64,000 bases of DNA from Bugula neritina (lineage: Eukaryota; Animalia; Bryozoa), in contig OZ037771.1 in assembly GCA_964035545.1 (NCBI GenBank), forward strand, positions 12,218,480 to 12,282,479, in the 5' to 3' direction. A program made the translations under genes and the position numbers. Positions 54,896-64,000 of the stretch are shown here, in pieces. The notes under the pieces were generated by a model, which was not told where the DNA came from, did no database searches, and was given only the letters and a program-made list of their open reading frames with translations. The stretch's first letter is position 1, and the number at the start of each line of letters is the position of its first letter.

Positions 54896-55640
54896 TTATG
54901 ATGACAAAGGGCAGAGAGAAGAACAAGTTAGCAAACTCGTTATTTGATTTTCAGCTGACTTTCTCAAGCTGATCTTATTTCTGTCTGCTGCTGTCTCCTT
55001 GATCTCTCTCCACCAATGTTTCTGTGCATGTGTTTTTACGTCTACTGAGGGAATGGTAGATGCTAATGGTGGCCAAACATCTTGAGAAGCTTCCGGCAGA
55101 CGTTGATGTAGGTTAGAAGTAGCTGGAGAAACATTAAACGACCTCCAATCCTCTTCAAATACAGATTTACCAGCAACTAATGGAGTTAACAAATCATTAT
55201 TCTCTGTAGATGTCGTCTCACGTTTTATACCGGTTCTATCTGTTGGTCATTGTTGTGAGTTTCCAGAGTTTAGTTTACTCTTTGCAGTTTCTGAGCTTAA
55301 GGGGCTAAAGTCATATGTGAAGCCTTCCACCATCTTTTCATCTTTGTTTAGTAAACTGTCCCGAGTGTTGTCAAATATTTTTATATCGTTTGCCAACTCT
55401 TTAAGTTTGTTTTCCGCTACCTTTAACTTTTCCTCTGTGTTATCTAGCATCTCAAGGCTAATCTTATCTAACTTTTCCACTGAGTTTCTACGCACTTGTT
55501 ATAGAGCATATTTTTTCTTATCAAGCATATTTTGTGGATTTTCTGCTCCGGATATAATAAAATCTTTTAATATCTGACTTGAGTTATCTATTTTGAAGAT
55601 TCTTCTGGAATGTCTGCATCTTTGCTTTGAGAAGATAACC
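54896..55640 (-). pseudogene. Large exon-like coding relic with two in-frame stops
   Basis: Acceptor ttttgttag at 55641; one frame runs to 54896, interrupted only by TAA (55499-55501) and TGA (55247-55249); coiled-coil-like segment followed by an S/T/P-rich one. Confidence 0.5.
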
Positions 55641-56495
55641 CTAACAAAAAGGAAACAGATCAGGTTTTATCAAAAGGTGATACAATATTTAAACAAAATA
55701 TATTTTCCATTTTTATAGGCAATGACAGCATATTAAAATATGAAAAATAAAAAGAAGCTCATATATAGTAACTGTCCCTTCAATGAGTGCAGTTGTATAT
55801 GTATATCTATTAATCTGTTAAGTTACCTATTTGCACATGCATAAACAACATAATTATTTAGACAAATTTAACATAATAAAATATGAAGTATATTAAAGAA
55901 ACTCATATAGTAGCTGTATGAAATTTTACCTGCACTAAAGAATAAAGCTGAACACTACTCGTAAGATGTGCTCATCACTGAACACTACAGAACTTTTCTC
56001 ACAAAGTTCTAAAGACATGATTATTAATATATTTAGCATGAGTAATCTAAATACAGCCATTTTTAATTTCGAGTAGCTAACTTGCACTTTTGAATTTCCT
56101 ACATTAAGTTATGACATAACTTTTATTTTCAGCTCATTGTTGAATTTTCATTGTTTGAAAATGAAACTTATGCCATATAAATTAGTAGTATAATAAGTAT
56201 ATCTAAAACTCATTTAACTAAACTTTAGTCCTGAAAATGTTTCAAGTTGTCCCACTTCTCGCAAGATTTTCTAATCGGTTTAAGATATTGTAGTTTGTTT
56301 GGTATACATTTCATCGTAGAGTTCCTTGTTTAGGTTTGGAAGTTGTCTCCTTTCTTTGTAAAAATTTCTGTTAATTTATATATCTGCTGCGTGCTGAGAG
56401 TGGAAGCTGCATTGTAGAGTAACTTCTGAAATTATCTTTGCATGGCAGTATATAAGGTTTTGGGTATACCAGTCTGTACTAGTATATAGATATAT

Positions 56496-56597
56496 GTAAT
56501 AGTCATGCATGAGAGGATCGGTGAAGAACATTCTTTATTTGGTTGATCAACCAAATAAAGAATGTTCTTCACCGATCCTCTCATGCATGACTATTAC
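56496..56597. repeat. Perfect spacerless 102-bp palindrome
   Basis: GTAATAGTCATGCATGAGAGGATCGGTGAAGAACATTCTTTATTTGGTTGA|TCAACCAAATAAAGAATGTTCTTCACCGATCCTCTCATGCATGACTATTAC. Confidence 0.97.
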
Positions 56598-57385
56598 GAA
56601 AAGCTTTCAATGCACTAAACAAGATAGCCTATACCATATTACAGGTATTTTAAATTATCCTGTAATTTATTATGCTGTGAAATTTATTAGGATGGGTGAC
56701 CTTCAAGTAGTTACAAGTCATGTCAGAGTCGAACTTGAGTAACTTTCAAGTCACAAACCATAAACACTTGGTTTGGAGTTATTAGAGGTACTTATTCAAA
56801 AAAATTGACCTCTTCAGTGATTATGACTCAAAGGTGGATTCAGATCGAGCATAGGATGTGAAAGCTGATCACATGTCAATTTACAAAATATATTTTATTT
56901 CATCACAGATTAGGAATGTACAGATCATAATTCAAGTAGTTAGAATGATACCCTGCTTAGCAAAATAATAGTAAAGTAGAAATTCAACATTAAACTAAAA
57001 TGTACAAAAACTAGTTTTATAATATTATATGCTCTTCTAATACTATTAGTTAAATTCTCAACGGTTACTAAGTATACATAATATAGAAGTAAGCTAAGCT
57101 AATCCGTAACTTAATGTTTTTAGAGCTGTGCTATCAGCGAAACAGATAGTAGTGCTGCACCAGTAACAGTATTTGGTAACAACTTTTGTTTTGGGCCTAT
57201 TACAAGTCCTTGACATTTTAGGTAATTGCTGTTTTCAGCCCTACATCACTTAACCTCAAAAGCTCAGAACTAAAGAAAAATGAGTACTGAGAATGCTAAG
57301 ACATCCACGATACCAGTTCAGCACTAGTAAACAGTATAGAATAGGTTTTTGCAAAAATAAACTCTAGAATTAATGAGATTCATGA

Positions 57386-57643
57386 TTAATGCTCCTGATA
57401 AGTGAGTGTAGATTTACAGAATAATATAATAACATTCCAGATAACTACCCTATAGGCTAATAAATAACTAGGTAGGTCTTTGGCAAGGTGCTGCTGGATG
57501 TATTGCTCAGTGGGGGCGGCAGCCATGATGGCAGCAAGACAAGATTCGGCTAGGTCCAGCTCTCCCTTCTCCACATAGACTACACAGAGGTTGTGTTGGC
57601 CCTGGATGTTACTGGGTTCCAGACTCTTTACTTTGGAGAAACC
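57386..57643 (-). CDS. TMTC3: TMTC3 last recognisable exon (final TPR); ends either at the stop at 57386 or at a donor after 57449
   Basis: ttgcag|[36 protein letters not shown]...[11 protein letters not shown]; similarity is lost after HLA. Confidence 0.85.
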   Translation of the reverse strand, partial: GFSKVKSLEPSNIQGQHNLCVVYVEKGELDLAESCLAAIMAAAPTEQYIQQHLAKDLPSYLLAYRVVIWNVIILFCKSTLTYQEH

Positions 57644-60600
57644 CTGCAACACAAGTGACTTCATTATATATACACTGGTGACATCACCACATGAACTAGT
57701 GACGTTACCACATAAACTAGTGACAACCGTGTAAACTGGTGGCATTAAATTTAAGCAGCGCCTAGAAAATGAAGACAGAAGTAGCTAAGGCAGCAGGCAG
57801 CATGTGAGAAGGATGTAACTGATGAAGTGTGAATAGAGATGTAACTAATAAACTGTTATATGAGCAATCAATAACATGAAGTTATCAACTCTGCAGAGAC
57901 TCATAACCTACAGTAGCTAAACACTACTTACACTAAGATGGAGAATAACAATAAATAGCCAATTATAGTTGCCAGAGGAAAGAGTTGTGAAAGTAATGTC
58001 TGAATAATTGCCTGTAATTAGCAGTATTTTACTACCAAGTTGTGAAGAACATGCAAATATGTAACCTTGGTCTGTGATATATAGGATAGTGTACTATGAT
58101 TATGTTACTATATATAACTAACTTTTTAATATATAATTATAATAACATAATGGTCATAATAACATGATATTATATTACATTATATTATATAGAAACACAG
58201 AGGGTCAATAAAAGTCAAAACATAATTACAAAGTTATAACTAGTAAAAATTAAATATTTCAAATAAAAGAAATGACAAAACCAGTATCTTTTTTTAATAG
58301 TGAAGGCAGTCAATTTCTGTGTCATAATGATTAACTAAAACTGTCTTTAGAAGAACACAACTCTTAACTTTCTACATTATCGATATTGAATAAATCTATA
58401 GTTACAAACTATAGTTATTGAGGGAAAGGTGGGTGAACTATTGATTAGAAGAAAGGTGAACATAGCTAGACACTAGACTCAATAGAGTTCATATTACTAT
58501 GTGAAGTACTTATTATATTATACTATAGGTTAACTACCTACAGTACAACACTGGTATATACAGTACTTCACACTACTACTATTGATTACATAGCAATATG
58601 CATATAAAACTGTACAGTTATATAAATTAATTGATTTATATTGAATGGCTGAAGCCTACATAGATTAGATGTGGCATATCCATTAGTTAATATTTCTAAA
58701 TACTTAGTTGTAAATGAAATGCAACACACTAAGAGAAGCAGTTTACAATATCATGTATATACAAAGTAAACTAGTTCAACTGAATGGTTCTATAAGCAGT
58801 TCTCTTTAGAGTTGAGTTTATTGCTTTTTGAAATCCTCAACTCCGAATGCGAGAACTACTGCACTCAGTGACCCACGACTCCAGGTTGCTTATAGAACCA
58901 CTCAGTCCGAGTTTCTATTCGCTATCAAATTATCAAAATTAACAAGTTTGTTATTTTTTAATCTTAACACAAATTAATAATAAATAGAAATAAATAAAAC
59001 TAAGGCAAGCTTTTTAAATCAGTTTCCTTTCAATTTTGATTTGAACTCTAAAAGTGACAAGGGAGACTTGAAATACTAAATATACATCAGAAAGTCACCT
59101 GTTCAGCCAGTTGGAGGTCTTTTTCATGATTTATGGCGATATCTCCCAGGAGAAGGTAACTCTTAACATGGTCAGGATACAGTTGGATATTTCTATTCAG
59201 GTAGGGGATGGCGTCAGAGGGCCGCTGTAAACTGTTTGTTAGAAGTAAGGCTAAGTTAAATAGCGCTCCCTTCAAACTAGGATCAGCCTGTGAAATAGCA
59301 TTAGAGTCAAAGAGGAAACAACTTCCGTTAACCTGACACAGTTTCGAAAAGTAGAAAACATTAGAGGAAGAGAACAACACAAGTTATAAGGAATTGAAAT
59401 CAGCTTTAAAATATAAAACTGAGGAACATTTGAATAAATTCTAGTTTTTTTTCACACAAAATCCTTTGAAATCTTAGCCTTTATTTCGCAATAAAATTTG
59501 TTGGTAAAAGTCAGAACATCTGAAAGAAGTTTGACTAGACTAGAGGGAAATCTCTCACCTCTAAACACTGAATGAAATATCTTTCAGCCAAAGCAAACTG
59601 CTGGCTGTCGGTGGCCAACAGAGCGGCGGAGAAATAGTTGCGGGGTTCCTTAGGGTCGAGTTCAATGAGGAGATCGAGGCGTCTCAGCCCCTCCCCGCAA
59701 AGTTCTTGTTGGGCCGACTCTTGGATGAGTAGAGCAGAGTTGAAGAGAGCCAACTGCAACATGTTACTATATATAGATACTTTCTACTTTATATTAGTTT
59801 GACTTGAAAAGACGTTACCACGAGACGACAATTCCCAGCTGAAGACACAAGAAATAATAATCAAACAAAATTACTAAATAAAAATAAACTATAAATTTGT
59901 CAAATGAAGCAACCAGCAACAAGAAAACCCTCGAACTCTCACCAGTGAAATCCTATAAACTGATTCCTCATGATGCAACAAACTTACAAGTCAAATGCTT
60001 CTCTTCACTTTGATAAAAGACAAATCAAATTAAAGAACTCGTGACAGTTGATGAATTCATTTTCCTATCTGCCTACGCTGCCTCTGTTACGCTGCCTTAA
60101 CATACCTGATGCTTGGAGTGAATAGAGAGAGCCAAATCAAAGTGACTCATAGCCTGCTTAGCATCCTTGAGCTCTAAGAAGACAACTCCTAGATTGTAGT
60201 ACAAGTCAGCATTTCTCTTATCATAGACTAAGGCCTTATTGTAGAGGGTTGAGGCTTCTTTCCTGCGTCCCATTTTCATCAACAACTCACCATAGTTCAG
60301 ATATGCCTGAATGTAACATAATGGTAAATAAAGCAGCACATTTAATTAGAAGAATTTATGGCCATCACCAATACAGTGCTTCCTCCATATCTCACTGAGA
60401 TGCGGGTCACATTACCTCAATTTCCAATATAATGGCATACCAGATTCAACTGGCAAATCTGTTTAATTTGGCCATTTTCTCGCTATAAACATACACATAA
60501 GTCACAAAAATGGCGGTCCAAGCTCTTCTCCTTCCCTATGGGAATTCGTGAGATTTGGAGGGTGCACTGTATTTCAAAACTCATACTCAGCTATGACATT

Positions 60601-63600
60601 TGAAATGAAACTTTTACACTTTTACTGGAAAATCTTGTTTGGTAGTGAAACTGGCCAAAGTAAACAAACCAACTTTGAGAAAATCTAGATAGACTAACAG
60701 CAAAAAATGGTTACCTTTACACAGAAAAATATTCATATGCTTACAGTTCCCATGCTTATAGATGCTTATAGATGCTTATAGATGCTTATGTATACTTAAC
60801 ATACATCGATAAACTCTGGTCTCATGCTAATAGCTCTCTTATAGAGCATTTCAGCCTCTGAGTAACGAGAAGCATTCTGGGAGATGAGATTTCCGAGTGT
60901 GAGAAACACTTTGAGATGAGAGGGGGCAACTCTAGCAGTGTAAGACTTTCCTAGAAAATACACATCACAGTTTTATACATGTTAAACATGTCACCAAACT
61001 AAAATCTCAATAAAAATGGAACATATTTGGCATCCTTAAATGACTCACCTTTCTTCACGGGCGGGAGAAGCTCCAAGGCTGAACGAAGGGCAACTTCAGC
61101 ACCAGAGTTGTCTCCCAGTTCCTTCCGTGTTCTGCCTACATTGATGTGTGACCCAATATCATCCGGCTGTACTCTGTTGTAATGATTGTGAGACTAGCAA
61201 TACAATGTCTCTTATTTTATAATAATATTATCTTAGATACAAGTAAGAGAAGATAACTACCTAACAGCTCTGTAGAAATAGTGCAAGGCTTCTTCAAACT
61301 TTCCCTCCGATTCAAGAGAGTGTCCCACATTGTTCCATGCTTTAGCATTCTGCTCAGTGAATCTAAAATTTAAACGTATCGAATGAGAAGATTTGTCGTG
61401 AAAACATGTTGACATTCATGTTACAGGTGCAGGTGTACTAAATGAGTAGCAGCTAAATTTAGCTTTGAGTAGAATGAATATCACAAGCTGTCAGTAACAA
61501 TGAGCAGCACCTTTATTCTGTTGCTTATATAACAGTGAGAAGTAGAACCTTGGAGGTGATGTTAAGAGATAGCTGAGAATTGATGAACATTTTGCTAGAA
61601 GTTTTCGATAAAATACTATTATTCATAATATCATATTATATATTATAATATTATATTATATTTAATATTATATATAATATAATGCATAATATAACATTAT
61701 ATATAATATAATATTATATATAATATAGCATTATATATTATATTATACATAATATAATATTATATTATTACAATATTATATTATGTATATTATAAGGGTC
61801 GTTTTACTTAATTCAGTGCACACTGGAAATCTCCAGTTTTTAGCTATTTTTTACAATTTTTAGCTGCTAATGAACATGGGTTTTTACATGGGTTTTTCCC
61901 AACACTAGTAAAATATGAATTAATACACCTAAATTATCAATGTGATGTAGAACCTTGGAGGTCATGTTAAGATATAGCTGAAAGGTGCTTAAAACAGTGC
62001 TAAAGGCTTACTACGATATAATATTATATCATATATTATAATATATAATATAATATTATAAATAACATATCATACATAATGTAATATTATAAATAATATA
62101 ACAGTATATGCAATACAATATAATATTACATATAATACTTATATTATATACATTATAATATAACATTTATTACTACAGATATTATAATCAAATAATATAT
62201 ACAATATAATATTATATTGTATATAATATAATATAATATACAATATAATATTATATATAATATAATGTATAATTTAGTAATACATATAATATAATATAAC
62301 AATCTTAGACCTTGTTAACAGTACAACTCAGAATAGACTATCATAGCTATCTATTTACTGTGTAGTTTGTTTACATTATCAGTTACTGGTGTTTACTGTT
62401 TACAGCTGCAACAATAAGTCACAGTATAATTTCAAACTAAATTATAATAATTATAATATTATGATAAATTGTTTTAATTAATCAATCAATTATTTCTAAT
62501 ATATAATAATGTAATTATATAATATATAAATGTAATAGAATTTGTACTAATGAATGTTATATAATAGAATGTAACTAACCTCAAGGCAGAGTTGAATAAT
62601 GAGTAATCATTCTCCCAGTCTTTATTCCTGGACACAGTTCTCATGGCACCAGAGATAATGAGGAGAAGATAACTCCCTGCTAGGATATACCTGTATATAG
62701 ACTGTCTACAAGAGAAGTAGTTATATAATATAACATCATAACAACTATGATATAGTACAGCAGTTTATAATAATAGTTTATACATTTCCTTCCTAATTAA
62801 AAGGGAGGTTAAAAATATGCAAAAAAATTGATTTTAAATATGGAGATTAGAATTTCAAAATAATATTTATATACATGGGAATGCACACAAGCACAAGCAC
62901 GTGCACGAAGACGCACACACACGCGCGAGCACGCGCACAGGCACACACATTATATGAACACATATACACATATATATATAGTTGTGTTGGGGGTCAATTA
63001 CATATGAATGTAATTAATTACAATTACATAAAAAATTTCAATTACAATTATAATTACAGTTAAAATTGATGTAATTAATCACAATTGCATCATGATGTAA
63101 ATAATTTTAATTACTTTTGTCCTCACAAGGGACAAATAGACAAATTATATTCAATTAACTAAAAATAAGGTAATTAATTATAAGTAATTACCATTACGCC
63201 AACACTGATATATACACAGACATACACACACAGATATGTATATTTACCTGTGTTGGTTATACAGGTAGGTGAATACTGAGCCAATCAGAAGACAGTATCC
63301 TAAGCTAGGTATATAAAGCACTCTCTCAGCTATAACAAAGCCGACAGGAAAGAACAGGTTGCTGGCAGGTAGAAATGGAAATACTATCAGCACTAATGAC
63401 TACAATATACAAGGCAATAGACAATGGTTTAATCATTAGCTATACTGGTGAAACAGTGTAAGCTAAGGAAAGACAACTTCACTAAGATGTCATAATAATT
63501 TCAAAAAGTTAAATATTTTCAGCTATAAGGAGCTATTTACCATAAACATCCTGTCTGAGAAGGTAGATCTGCACTGAATGGAGTATTTGACTAGTTTGAA

Positions 63601-63793
63601 GACTGCTATATATGCTGCAACTGTACACACATTCCTATAGTCTAGAAAGGACCGTATGACAGGCACAGTACCCATTGACCAATCACAGCAGAGGTAGGCG
63701 GGGCATACCAACAACCACATGTTAACAGCTACTAGATAGTTGTAAGTCAGCTGTCTGTAGGGAATTGTCTCATTACTAGCTGGGTTATCAAAT
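57386..63793 (-). CDS. TMTC3: TMTC3, protein O-mannosyltransferase (transmembrane/DUF1736 region plus TPR repeats); 3' part, 10 exons in window, 5' end beyond 64000
   Basis: The exons splice in frame with GT-AG boundaries and consistent phases. Peptides [82 protein letters not shown] and [23 protein letters not shown] match the TMTC3 subfamily as I recall it. The 3' end is uncertain. Confidence 0.95.
58779..58906. mobile_element. Small MITE-like element in a TMTC3 intron
   Basis: Inverted ends ACTGA(A/G)TGGTTCTATAAGCA. Confidence 0.55.
59099..59287 (-). CDS. TMTC3: TMTC3 exon (TPR)
   Basis: tcacag|...|gtgact; [16 protein letters not shown]...[27 protein letters not shown]. Confidence 0.92.
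59559..59753 (-). CDS. TMTC3: TMTC3 exon (TPR)
   Basis: ttgcag|...|gtgaga; [13 protein letters not shown]...[26 protein letters not shown]. Confidence 0.92.
60106..60306 (-). CDS. TMTC3: TMTC3 exon (TPR)
   Basis: attcag|...|gtatgt; [45 protein letters not shown]. Confidence 0.93.
60805..60950 (-). CDS. TMTC3: TMTC3 exon (TPR)
   Basis: ttctag|...|gtatgt; [48 protein letters not shown]. Confidence 0.92.
61049..61173 (-). CDS. TMTC3: TMTC3 exon (TPR)
   Basis: caacag|...|gtgagt; [41 protein letters not shown]. Confidence 0.92.
61261..61362 (-). CDS. TMTC3: TMTC3 exon (TPR)
   Basis: ttttag|...|gtagtt; [33 protein letters not shown]. Confidence 0.92.
62580..62705 (-). CDS. TMTC3: TMTC3 exon
   Basis: ttgtag|...|gttagt; [41 protein letters not shown]. 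Confidence 0.9.
62982..63207. mobile_element. hAT-type MITE in a TMTC3 intron
   Basis: Ends (TT)GTGTTGG and CCAACACTG, internal AATTAC/GTAATT arrays, near-identical 8-bp flanks ATATATAG and ATATATAC. Confidence 0.6.
63248..63399 (-). CDS. TMTC3: TMTC3 exon
   Basis: ttgtag|...|gtaaat; [40 protein letters not shown]. Confidence 0.93.
63541..63793 (-). CDS. TMTC3: TMTC3 exon (DUF1736 region)
   Basis: tttgtag|A TTT GAT AAC CCA...TTT ATG|gtaaat; [48 protein letters not shown]... Confidence 0.93.
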
Positions 63794-64000
63794 CTACAAA
63801 ATAAACAGAAGGGAGAATATTATGAGGAGAGTATAGCATTTAAAGCTTTGTATTACTAATAATAAAGCAAGTCTGAGATCTACCAAACTCTGTAAACTAG
63901 GGTTAGAACTGAGGCTATAACACAAAATGACTGAATTTCCAAACTACACAACAATTTTTGCATCAAGTATTGATTTGGAAATCACTGATTAGTGCAAATT

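Overview
AT-rich animal (invertebrate) nuclear DNA with spliceosomal introns; the taxon cannot be fixed from the sequence. The only confidently functional gene is the 3' part of TMTC3 (protein O-mannosyltransferase with TPR repeats): 10 minus-strand exons from 63793 to about 57400, with the 5' end beyond the window. The main finding is a 25.7-kb Sola2-like DNA transposon structure (5785-31441). It has GGG...CCC ends, a matching TTAT 4-bp target-site duplication, inverted terminal repeats of about 960 bp and a decayed transposase next to the right TIR. Its interior is about 19 kb of host-like DNA: a CpG-rich promoter-like core with two divergent, decayed intron-containing genes. A 3.6-kb CACTA/EnSpm-type element splits the right TIR. 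Other contents are a Charlie-type hAT element with a nested insert, an R4/Dong non-LTR retrotransposon in a (TAA)n tract, an RTE LINE fragment, a possible BEL/Pao gag fragment, MITEs, tRNA-derived SINEs, a perfect 102-bp palindrome, further decayed multi-exon genes, and kb-scale TAN-triplet low-complexity halos around two CpG-rich cores. Most short ORFs in the supplied track are spurious. All alignments and translations were done by eye.
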